DNA from: Iphione sp. A-MEVVRFRX5
Lineage: Eukaryota
Assembly (NCBI GenBank): GCA_976226885.1
Contig: OZ320319.1
Span: 31,186,001 to 31,250,000 of the forward strand
Length of the DNA: 64,000 nucleotides
Reading direction: 5' to 3'
A program made the position numbers and the translations under genes. A model generated the notes under the pieces. The model did not search any database, was not told the DNA's origin, and worked only from the letters and a program-made list of their open reading frames with translations. Numbering within the stretch: the first letter of the stretch is position 1; each line of letters starts with the position of its first letter. Positions 52,901 to 63,680 of this stretch are shown here, in pieces.

Positions 52901-53258
52901 ATGTCTGGCTTAATTGATCGACCATCTGTTCAAAGAAACATGCGTACTTCTTTTAAATTTCAACAAGGAAATGTGTACATCCGGTTTAAATAATTCCGCG
53001 GTAAAGCAACTTTGCGAGTTTGGTGTTGTTGCACGAGTAGGTGTATTCCAAAGTCTGGGCAAACGATGAAGACATACTATCTCGTGTTTTATCTCCTGCC
53101 GAATGTTGTGCACAGGAGATTATTACCCATCCATCCACGTGCACATAATGAATGCACGTTTGTAATTATTGCATACCGCAGACAGATAGGCAATGGCCGT
53201 AAAAAAATGCAATCAGATCCTTGTCGCAGAAACGAGCTATTTTCTTTCCCTTTTGCAG

Positions 53259-53487
53259 ATTGACTGGGTGAAAGAATCCCCGTCAGGGAAGCCGGACAAG
53301 GCCACGCTGCTGGCGACAGGCAAGAAGGTGGTGCTGGAAGATCGCCGTTACCGAGTCTACAGACCACACAACTCGGCCCTGTCTGTCCTCATCATCCGAA
53401 GAGCGAAAAAGAAGGATGGCGGCATCTTCAAATGCAACCTCTCCGGCTCAAGTACCAGACACAAGTACCTCATCCTCAATGTGACAG
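53259..53487 (+). CDS. 3-Ig protein exon (C-half of Ig1: IDWVKES...LIIRRAKKKDGGIFKCNLSG...LILNVT)
   Basis: Acceptor ctttcccttttgcag and donor ACAG|gtgcga; 229 nt, phase 0 to 1. Contains the Ig C-strand Trp and the D-x-G-x-F-x-C motif. Confidence 0.92.
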
Positions 53488-54601
53488 GTGCGATGACCCT
53501 AACAATTCGGTTTCCAATTAAAGGCCTTCTAAGGGAAGCAAGACGAGGACGCACATATAGTTCTTTAGGTTCGCTTAGTCAGGGCTCAGATATCGGCGGA
53601 GGTATTATCAGGTGTCTGCATTTTTAAGTATGTATATGTCTATAATTGCATAATATTTACTAAGCCATGCATTAAGGTATTGACTTTATACCACCTTTTA
53701 ATAGAGCAGAGGGAAATTACTTTGACCGATCAGAGCTTTACTTCAAACGTTATACAATGTACATGTATCGCTAGAGCCCTACTTGTTGCTTTTAAGCTGT
53801 TGCATTTCAACTTTTATTGTTTACTCCGGGAGCCATGGGAGCTTCTTTCGACGACCCTCATATATAGAGAGACCAGAGTGTTTGTTGTCATTTTCAAGTC
53901 GGTTTATTGCACACATTGCTTTGTGTAACCGTCTAATGCATTGGACCTGCCACTGGCTTCCCTCGACCTGCACCTCTGCAGCTGGCATTCTCCCAGTGTT
54001 TGGGATTTGCCATTAGTGGACTGGCACGTGTAGCATGTGCAATAACATGATCTTAAACGTTCCCTAATTGTTGCAAGAATCAACACCTTACTATTCGAGA
54101 AACAAGACCTGATCTAAGACCGTCGGTACAAATGCTGTCTCCGGTACGCACCGATCTTAATCTGTTCGCCTAAACTTTTGACCTCGTTCAAATATCGCCT
54201 TCCAAGACACCTGTAATTTCTGATCAAAAAGCAATTCTATTAGCCCTAGGCGGTTTTCTCTGAAGTCCTGACCTGTCGTGAAATTGCATTAACGACACCT
54301 ACGTCAAGTGGTCTGCAGTCGAACAGCACATTGAGAGAGCTATTAACGAAAGTACATGTACTTTCCCGTACTGCTGTGGGGTTTTCAAGCTGTTTAAAGC
54401 TGCTGATTTCTTTACGCGGAAATGTCACATAAACTTTAATATTGGCACGAATATGTGGGCATACAAAGGCAAAAAACCTCTGATAGAATACAGTGTTGCT
54501 GAAAACGTCGAACTTGTAAATGGAAAAATTCAGACTTTGGACAAAGCCCACTTTCGAGTATACCGGCTTTAAACAAACCGCTTGGCAGACAGGCCCCTGC
54601 T

Positions 54602-54613
54602 GCCATCTAGTGT
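54602..54613 (-). promoter_or_regulatory. CTCF-like motif (minus strand ACACTAGATGGCAGCA)
   Basis: Plus strand GCCATCTAGTGT has one mismatch to GCCMYCTRSTGG. Confidence 0.4.
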
Positions 54614-54847
54614 TTCTGCTGTTAATAAATAGTCTGCTCTTCCCCGGAAGCAGGTTAGCGAGTGTATATGTTAAGCAACTTTAGGGACAATTGATCCATG
54701 GTTTGGAAGCCTAATGATTCCTTTCTTATGCAAACCTTTTGTCAAAGATGCTTAAAAGAATATAATCAAATCATACATTTCAGAGGTATGATACTCCCAT
54801 GACCTTCCATTTAGAATTGATTTAAAAAAAAAAAAATTTTTCCACAG

Positions 54848-55008
54848 AGTCCAAAATCGAGGCTCAAACAAGCCCGTCGAAGCTGAAAGCACGCATTGGA
54901 AAGGACGTGACCCTGTGGTGTAACGCCACTGGCTACCCGAGGCCTGTCGTCTACTGGACACGCGAGGATTCCAACCACAAGCTGCCCGATGGCACCTATC
55001 AATTCTGG
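54848..55008 (+). CDS. 3-Ig protein exon (N-half of Ig2: ESKIEAQ...GKDVTLWCNATGYPRPVVYWTREDSNHKLPDGTYQFW)
   Basis: Acceptor ttttccacag and donor TGG|gtaaat; 161 nt, phase 1 to 0. The CxAxGxPxPxxxWxRE motif is typical of lachesin/IgLON Ig2. Missed by the ORF track. Confidence 0.93.
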
Positions 55009-55301
55009 GTAAATTCACACTGTTCAAATAAGTGATTTTCTTTCGGCCATCTACATAAACCAACTCCGATTCTATAGTGTTGCTCGCGTATTTAATCAGC
55101 CATCACCTTAAGTATATACATGTTGTACACACATTATATAATTTACATATACTTCTGAAGAACTATGCATAAATTTACATCCTATATATATATAAATGTA
55201 AACTTGTTATCGTTTCCTTTTGGAGATAATTTCAAATAATTGTTTAAAGCGTATTTAACTCTACACATAGCTTATTGTAGAATGGCGTTCTTTCCTTGCA
55301 G

Positions 55302-55416
55302 GGCAACGGCCTCCGAGTAATGAAGCTAACAGATGCCGATACAGGAATTTATGCTTGCTACCTGGACAACTTCGTCCAGCCAGTAGTCTCCTACAAATTC
55401 AACCTGGTTGTAGAAG
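55302..55416 (+). CDS. 3-Ig protein exon (C-half of Ig2: GNGLRVMKLTDADTGIYACYLDNFVQPVVSYKFNLVVE)
   Basis: Acceptor ctttccttgcag and donor GAAG|gtgtgt; 115 nt, phase 0 to 1. Contains the D-x-G-x-Y-x-C motif. Confidence 0.93.
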
Positions 55417-55695
55417 GTGTGTTGCTTGCAACTGGTCATATTATAGTTCGATATTAAGCAATAGAAGACGGGGGGAAATAGAGAAGATGGCTTTTGACAC
55501 TAACATATTCAGTGCGTTTTCTCTGGCGGGGGACGTTAAAATGTATTCTTATAGGTTCAAAGAACTTTTCTCTACGTTATCAAATGAGTACATATGTACG
55601 GGGTACTGTTATTCTGCTGTTGCGAGCAATATCAGACCTTGGACCTTTTTCAAAGCCAAACTGCCATAATGATGTCTTTGCGTTCTGTATTGCAG

Positions 55696-55898
55696 ATCGT
55701 CCCTGGCATTTGGACGGTTATAAGATGCGTTTTGATAGCTCCCAGTGGTACCCACATAGCAGCGTGGAACCGCGGCCTGTTCAGGGGAAATCCTTCCTGT
55801 TGATGTGTGAGACGAGAGGCACACCAAAGCCACTGCCCAAGATCCGCTGGTTTAAAAACACAAGGGAGCTTAGAAACAACAGGCACTTTTACATCATT
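55696..55898 (+). CDS. 3-Ig protein exon (N-half of Ig3: DRPWHLDG...FLLMCETRGTPKPLPKIRWFKNTRELRNNRHFYII)
   Basis: Acceptor tctgtattgcag and donor ATT|gtgagt; 203 nt, phase 1 to 0. Contains C...P.P.I.WFK and the LxNNxH segment seen in lachesin Ig3. Confidence 0.92.
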
Positions 55899-56125
55899 GT
55901 GAGTTATTCTTGAATACAGAACACTTCCTCCGAGCGTTTATGTGTTGAGTAGGGTTATCATAATATGTGAAGCTAACAACATCGCAGAACGGATTTTTTT
56001 TTCAAAACCTCACACAACTGCAGTCGGCGTCCACGTCGAATCAATCCTATTCCTGTCACTGCTTCACTACTTTTACAAGGCTAGGAATAGTTTTATTGTA
56101 AGACGACCTTCAATGTTACTTTCAG

Positions 56126-56264
56126 GAAGATAAACCGGAGTGGAGGGATGGGTATACGTCATCAACCCTTGTGATCATGAAGTTTGTCCCCCGTCACCAG
56201 GCCAACTACACGTGTCTGGCCAGCAACCACTTCCGGTCCAAGCGGATAGAGTTCTTCGTCAACG
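56126..56264 (+). CDS. 3-Ig protein exon (C-half of Ig3: EDKPEWRDGYTSSTLVIMKFVPRHQANYTCLASNHFRSKRIEFFVN)
   Basis: Acceptor tactttcag and donor AACG|gtttgt; 139 nt, phase 0 to 1. Contains YTxSTLxI and NYTCxAxN motifs. Confidence 0.92.
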
Positions 56265-57045
56265 GTTTGTTCAGAAACCCTTCTTATTTTCCTCTGACCG
56301 ACTAAATATATAAATAACAATTATAACTTTATCCAAAAGGGAAAATTAATCCGACCTATTGTAATTCGAATGATTTAAATGAAGAGCGTTTGTGTGTAGT
56401 ACTGCAGTAAAGATTGTACATAGTTAACACACAGTTGTTGATCTTAGTCTTATGACAGTTTGTACTTAACCGTAACAATAATCATTTGTGTTATGAACGC
56501 ATGCGATGCCTGCCTTCAACTAACAACACTCTTAATAATTTTGCACAATGAAATATGGAACAACATCCACAAACCTATCTAATTTGTCAATAATTCACCA
56601 TTAGTCAAGGAAGGTTTAATGGTTGTTCAAAAGAGAAAATCTTACACGAGAACATAATGAATAACACTTAGGGCTTGCTGTGCTTAAAGTGGACACTAGC
56701 TAGAGCTGAACGTAGGATTACACAAACTATTATACCAGAGAGCCATTTCTGCGTAATTAGTCTTTTAAAATAATATGTGACCTTTACACCTCATATTTAC
56801 ACGGTCTACACCTTATGGCTTTTTCGTAAGACTGCATCAATGTACTGCCCACCATAAGCACGAGCATGTTAATACCACAAACTATAGGCAAAAGGATAAG
56901 CACGCTGTTTACATGCGAGGTTACAGTCTTCGTGGGGAATGCAGGTAGAGAGAAAAAGATATTCGTGTAGTACTCAGGTAATCGATACGCATCAAAGGAT
57001 TCGTTCCAAATACTCTACCTGATAACTGGCTATCACCACACTCAG

Positions 57046-57160
57046 CTCCACGAACCCTTCTAATAGCTGGCTGAACCTTTTACACCTGCGGAGATAAACC
57101 CTCTCTGTGCTACTACTACCACTGCCTGGGCCAAGACGCCCCAGGCTCTGCCGCCAAAAG
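57046..57160 (+). other. Exon-like cassette that breaks the frame (possible poison, frameshifted or alternative exon)
   Basis: ctcag acceptor and AAAG|gtgtgt donor. The 3' part encodes a linker-like ATTTTAWAKTPQALPPK, but 115 nt is not a multiple of 3 and the incoming frame reaches TGA at 57072-57074. Confidence 0.4.
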
Positions 57161-58103
57161 GTGTGTATGTATTCCCTCCCAGCTATTCTACATGATATTT
57201 TTTCGTAAGTGTGCCATCTCCAGCATCTTCATATTTCCGAAGTATCAGTCCACCTGTCTTAGTGGTATGAGGCAATGCAAGTGGGCAGTTGGAAGAAAGA
57301 CGAGTTACTTCACTCCCAATTCCAATTGTTTTTGGACCATTGCTTCTTGCCAGTGTAGGCTCTTACTCGGTAGATGTCAGCCTTATTTTTAGACATGTAC
57401 CTACATTTGTTTTTACGAGGATCATTTTATTTCAAGTTAGGAGCCTTACCTTTGACATCTACCAAAGAGCAAACCCCATCTCGTAGATTTGACCATTGTC
57501 ACCAAACAAACCCCTTCCCATCCCCCAACCCCTCTTAGTAAGTGATGTTATAAGTATTAGAACGTGTCGAAGTGCATCTCCCATCTCGTACTGCTATTTG
57601 TACATCATGTTGTATGTCAGATAATGTTCAGTGTCTTGCATTTCACCTATCACCTCCTGACACCTGTCACCAGTATGTGACAAATTACTAATTTCCTGTT
57701 TTACCACTAACTGTTGTTAGATTTTAAAAGAAATTAATATTTTGTAGACCAGAAAGTTTCACTTTGCTTACATTGGTTTAGAGGGTTCTTTTTTATTTGA
57801 TTTATTTTTCATTCATCCTTTGCAGATATTTTTGTTTAGATAATTTCCAAATTATAAAAAGATATGAGTGTCTGTATTAGTATCATTTGAATAGTTTTTT
57901 TGCTGTATTTCCTCTCATGTATGGACGGAGACATTTACTTGAAATAAAGACATGATTTAAACCTATTCCGGAAAGCAAGTCTTTCAAAGTAATAATTTTT
58001 CATATTGAACATGAACCATATCAGCACACTCTATTCAGATATAACGTCTCGTACTCCTGAGTACAAACTTGTCCAGTAACAAAACTCTCTCGTTACTATT
58101 TAG

Positions 58104-58241
58104 GCTTTGAGCGTATGGCCAACAACGGTAACGTAATTCAAGTTAGCGAGAATTCGTCGCCTCACGTAACGAGGGGGAGAACCACCGTGGGTTCACTAAT
58201 TGACACAGAAGACGAAGAAGACGACGCCATCGTCAGAGAGG
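58104..58241 (+). CDS. 3-Ig protein exon (acidic linker: GFERMANNG...LIDTEDEEDDAIVRE)
   Basis: Acceptor tactatttag and donor GAGG|gtacca; 138 nt, symmetric phase 1-1, open frame. GC-richer than its flanks. Confidence 0.75.
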
Positions 58242-59788
58242 GTACCATTACAGCTTAAGAAAAAAACCTAATCCTGACAGAAACAACTGCCGCAGTGACA
58301 GTACATGTAGATGGTTGAACCTATCAGCCTAGCCCTTGTGGCCCTTTCATGGTGTATATACAAAGAACGGTGGACATACTTCCATTCGCTTTCCATCATG
58401 TGCAAGGGTCGACGAAAATGCAGATGCCGTTTTCGCATATCCTTTACAAAACTCGTATTCGTACGCACATAATATACTTACGGCGCGGTTCACATTGTGT
58501 CAGTTCACCGAAACAACTTTACGGAGCAGCTCCTGCATAAAGTCATCATAGATTCTTACAGTTTATTTTTAATATTTATCTATGTATTCACAGAAAAGGC
58601 ATGGAAATTGCCTTTATTCTAAATAAATTAAATTTGTCTCAGAATTGGATCGGTTTCCATTAGAGTCGATTTACCTCTAAAGGATCACAGAATAAAAATT
58701 ACTGTTTAGGCCTCAATAGCACAACGAAATGCACTTGTGATGAAAACTTTAACAGTTTCATATTATCGTACTAAATTGGAATTTATTATCAGGTAATTTA
58801 CAGTAATGAAAATAGTACTGGGCGTTTGTATAAAGGTTCTGTATTATGTGTCTAGTTGTACATTTATTAAACTGGAAAACATTAACATGTAATACATGTC
58901 ATAATGTTCTACCTTCAGAGTGTGACGTTTGCTCCTGAAATTGCCTTGTTGCATTTACGAGCAGGATCTTAAATAGTATATTATAAAATTCACATTGCAA
59001 TAGTTGGCGGTGATTCCCAGTGAAAGAAGAATATTATTTCACGGGGGAATTTAGAAACAGATTGTGTGTAATGGCCTTTGATAAATGTTCATTATATAGA
59101 TAGAACATCAGGTAGTCTGGTGAGTTTCTCCTTATTTATTCTCATTGAGCTGTTGACCAATAACTAACGATATGCAGAACCAGATGAAGTTCCTGTTTAT
59201 ATTTGTATGGCTACATTTTGTATAAGGTGCGACAGAAATTGTTTTTGTTCAAATTTCTACGCATTTAATTCTACGGAACATGGATTATTTAATCAGGTTT
59301 AACTTTGAAATGCTTCTCGGAAGAAAAGGTTACCTTTCCTATTAAATCAACAAATTCAAATCATGATCCGCGGTACTGCATAAACTAACTTTTGTGTATT
59401 AACCCACTATAAGTATTGTGTACATAGGACATAGAAATATTGTATAAAGTTCCCTTTTACTTTGAATGTTATGTCTTGAGAAATAAATATGAAACTTGTT
59501 TCCAGTCATGTTTATATTGGCGTTGTTTATATTACCATCATTTTGAACGAGAGAGATATTCATAGAAGTAATCTAATGAAAAAAAAACTTATTTGATTTA
59601 TTTTCATTTTATCGTATTATTTTTACGTTAAGAACTTTATTCAATGAGTGTGAGTGGTGCGGATGTCAGAGAGATTTCGGTAGACACCCAGAATATAAAC
59701 ATATTCCTGAAAATTCTGCATGTGAATGCTAGCCGTGCTACATGGGTGGTTAGTTCTTTCTGTAGCCACGCCTTATGGTCTTTTACAG

Positions 59789-60102
59789 AGTACATGATCA
59801 ACCCTCGAAAGAGGGACAAAGGTCTGGGTCGCCTGAACACCGTCGACGCCATTCCGAAAGTGGTACAAGACCCGCTCTCCGCGCTCCAAGAGGAGGACGG
59901 AGATGACGACCATGCCGACGTGACATCCGGCCCACCTGCATCGACCAATGTGGACTCGGAAGTGAACGGTGCCTCAGCTGACAGCCGCGAGAAAAGCGGC
60001 AGCGGCAACGGTGGAGTAGGTCCGAACGACGATGAGGACTACGACGAAGGGGTCGGAAGCGGAAGTGGACAGGAAGAGGACTCAGAGGAAGAGATTGAAT
60101 GA
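59789..60102 (+). CDS. 3-Ig protein terminal coding exon (acidic Ser-Gly tail ending ...DEGVGSGSGQEEDSEEEIE*)
   Basis: Acceptor ggtcttttacag, phase 1 entry, open to TGA at 60100-60102. Coding-like composition against AT-rich flanks. Confidence 0.85.
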
Positions 60103-61395
60103 AGCGCTCCGTTGTTCCACGTCGGGGCACCCAGAGTTGTGGTAAAGGACGCTGTAGTATGTAGATCGTCGAACGCACATTTAATTGGACAAGGTGTGAG
60201 CAGACGGACGCGCCCTCTATTGGGAAACGTTTCGTTAAGAGTTTAGTGTGCCTGGACCCCGTCTTCGTCAAGGCCAAGCAACGCGGAAGAGGGACAAGAG
60301 TAACAAGAATATAACGTTATGGTGCACCTTAAACCCCACGCCCCCCCACCCCACCCTCACCCCCCACAATGGTGCAGTCCTGGTGTTCACGGCCTTGTTA
60401 GCGAATGGTTTTCATGAAGATGTAATATTCTTTTTGTGACGGTCGTAGGTATTATCTGCGTATACTTATGAGCAGTCTAGAGACGCTTAGGATAACTATC
60501 TCACCTGTCGGTGGCAAGAATGTAACGAAATGTATCTACCCATAAGACGGTACTATTGTAAAGTGGCAATACTTATTTAGACACAAGTGACCCGTTTAAG
60601 CGTATATATATATGTATATGTATCCAGGAAATATCAACAATGGTAATTACGGCACCTTTGATGAATTTCTTTCTCTGTGACAATCATATTGTCCCCAGAG
60701 CTTAATTGAAGGATAATTTCAGTGTATATAAACTTAGAAAACTCTGGTATTTTTTGATATAATATATTAGTATTTGCACAATTACAGTAGGCAAATATCC
60801 AATGCATAGAAGGCCCTTTATTGTTCAATAATTGGTCTTTAGTATAAATTATATCAATGTCTATGTTGTCAGCATAGTACTAGTTGACGTTCAGCGTAGT
60901 TTGTAGTGTCAGAGTTGTCCGCTTGGAGTCTGTTTATCATGCCAAACTCGTACACTACTTTGTGCTGTACATACTACGTGGCTGTGATTCTTTCAATGAA
61001 ACGGTATGATCGTATAATGAAGAATCTGCTTATTTAAATGCCTCTTGGTTCGATGGAATCAAGCACAGTGGCACAATTATCATGGGATTATAATCACATG
61101 GATTCATTATATTTTAGACTACTACCTGCCTCTTAAGATGTGTTTTGATAGAGTATTCTCCGTTCTCTTTGAAATCGTTGCACTGTTCTGTGCACATTAT
61201 ATTGATAACGCCAGTTATTGAATTATTTCTCCAAAGATCACCCTCCACATTCAAAGCTTCGGCAATTAGGGGTTCAATGGAACTCATCTGAAGAAAACGA
61301 AAATCTATCATTGTTTCGATCGATAAATTGTGCAAACAAATCTAAACTTGAAAAAAGAGATTGAAACAATTTTTACGATAAGATCGCCTGCCCGA

Positions 61396-61401
61396 AATAA
61401 A
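61396..61401 (+). terminator. Candidate polyadenylation signal of the Ig gene
   Basis: First canonical AATAAA I found after the stop codon, about 1.3 kb downstream; no transcript evidence. Confidence 0.3.
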
Positions 61402-61679
61402 CTGTCTTAGTTTCGGAATACGTGTTCGCCTCCTCTGTCAGCAGGAAAGTTTATAATGCCGATGGACACGAGATACAGATGTAGACGTGTGCATCAAGTC
61501 AATTTAATCTTAAATTTGATAATCAGGCAGGGCTGTTCAGCATGGAACAAGGAGAATATAATTATGTGTCTCAGGGGTATGCATAATGAATATACGATAC
61601 TACTACTTCAACTTCAATATCAGATACATGGATATTATATGGAGTGAGTGTAGGAAAACAAACATAAAGAGAATTCATG

Positions 61680-62010
61680 TATGTCAAAACAAATCATCGA
61701 GGAAATTGCTCAAACTTGATTAGATGGCAAATAGGGCAAGACACTACACAAACAATGTATCCATCTCATTGTGTTTCAAAGCATAAATTACATTCTTTGG
61801 AAAGAGGGTATAAAGCTGCAAGAGATAACTCGAAAAACTTTGAGCAAACCATTCAAGGATTTATTTACCAAGATTATGAAAGAAAATTACCACCTTACTT
61901 TTTACTAACAGTTACAAAACTGCTTCGAAAGCCAAGATATCCAAAAGTATAATCATACTCACATTGAATAAGTATAAGATATTTTTCTTTATATTGGTTT
62001 AGAATAAAGA
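61680..62010 (+). mobile_element. Degenerate L1/Tx1-like ORF2 C-terminal relic
   Basis: A stop-interrupted frame from 61681 includes CIHLIVFQSINYILWKEGIKLQ (from 61756), resembling the L1/Tx1 terminal LIxxxxxYxIWKxR segment. An AATAAA follows near 62003. Confidence 0.3.
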
Positions 62011-63644
62011 GAATCTAAGCGAGTACGTGAAAAAAATATTTCTGATAATGGATAATTCATTATGATTGTTAGACAAATGGTATCATGTACATATCGATCA
62101 TCTACGTGACGCATCTATGCATAAATAAAAGCCATGTTAAATTTTAAGAAATATAAATCATGGAAAATGATGCTCCTTTCTCGGAAAAAGGCATTATGAC
62201 CTGCCATAACCATTATAATAGCATTGTTGTCATATGAAATGAAGTTAGATTGGCTCGACCTTAAGATTAGCTCAAATCTTTTCCGGTGAAACATTAACAA
62301 GAAATTTATCGACAATATATTGTTCAAAACCAGTTTCCATATCTATAGATAACAAAACTGCTTGCATGACTTCTTAAATTCGATTTTATTCGCCCTGCCT
62401 CAACTGAAAATTATGTGTTACAACCAGAAACACGTTGCACTTAAGAACTAATACATACATTTTCACCTATGACTATTTCGTTTCGCCACTCGATACGAAG
62501 TGGAGTGCCCACAAAGTTGCATGCGCCACACCGAACACCGAGCAAACCTTCCTAGCCCTCCAAAGTTGTGCTGGCTCAGGTGGTCATGCACCTGGCATAT
62601 GCCATGTCAGCATTGCGCCGCAGAACCGTCTTTACAGTATTCTTGTCTTATACTCTCCTCATCTTCTTGAAGGTATTCTGATCAAGATAATGGTTTCAAT
62701 GACCATGGGTCTCAGGATTTGAGAAAAGAGCAGAATAGTTGTGGGATTATATTGTTCAGCTGATGATTAGTCGACTAAGTATATTAACTATTATGTCAAT
62801 CAACATAATACATCCCTTAGCTTATTTAGCTTGCACTGATTATAGGTGCTCCAAAGTTCTACACGAATAATACATTGAAACGAGTATACCTGTATACAAA
62901 GCAACATCGCCTGTAGCTAATATATCAGTTGTAGTGAAGAATAATGTAAGATTGACTTTTAGCCACAGACTCTCATTTCATCAAAGATATATAACCTTAC
63001 TGCTAAACTGAATTGTAAATTGCATCGATTTATTTGTAGGAGCTTTGTACCAGTAGAACATAGCAGATAGAGTCGGTTGGTCAAAATTGTTTGGTCCCTA
63101 ACAAAATATTTTAACTGCAAACTAAGAAGGAACAATACGCGATCTATATCACTGTTGCTTTTTGGGTTTCAGGACACCAAACTAGTCCTCAAACATATTA
63201 GCATGTATCGAAACACCCAGTGAAATAACACTGAAGCCATTATCAGGTTCTAGTACAGATATACACCTAGCCATCACATACATGTATATACAAAGGTGAG
63301 AGTTCATTGGTTAAATGTTTAGTGAATGGTGTGTTTGGATTACCAGAATACCACCAATTATGTCCAAAATGGCTTTACATGGTTGTATGCTTTATCTTTA
63401 CCAGATATACATTCACCATGTAAACAGCAACACCAACACTTCTTTTCTGTCAAGTGCACACACATTATGGTGCAACCTGTGTATTTTTGCCCTCTCAGTT
63501 CTTTATTCAGTCACTATGTGTCCTCACTGTGGTCAGTGCTAGTTACCGTTAATATACAGAGTAGAGTCCGCTCTCATCAAGTGGAGTTTTTGTTGCACCA
63601 ATTTCAGTCCAGAGAAGGCACGAAGCAAGCAGCTGGGGGGTTTG

Positions 63645-63680
63645 TCATGAACCGTTGCCTTGGAGCATGTTATATTTGAT
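63645..63680 (-). CDS. Possible last coding exon (IKYNMLQGNGS*) of a minus-strand gene entering from the right
   Basis: Minus-strand acceptor caatctccag, then TGA at 63647-63645 and AATAAA at 63507-63502. An alternative internal-exon reading also exists. Confidence 0.3.
   Translation of the reverse strand: MKYNMLQGNGS

Noticed and set aside
12839-53258. Dscam-like array of mutually exclusive half-Ig exons in the large intron
   Set aside because: The intron position invites this idea, but I found no paralog of the 12696 exon (no second GDTAVLxC-like segment) or of the 53259 exon by eye. A tBLASTn self-search would be the decisive test.
57072-57074. Selenocysteine or readthrough at the TGA of the 57046 cassette
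   Set aside because: The context is TGA-ACC rather than the leaky TGA-CTA, no SECIS was recognised, and readthrough leaves phase 2, which hits a stop in the 58104 exon.
59637-60277. Antisense ORFs of 123 and 159 aa over the last exon
   Set aside because: Expected shadow ORFs opposite a GC-rich, low-complexity coding exon; no splice or domain support.
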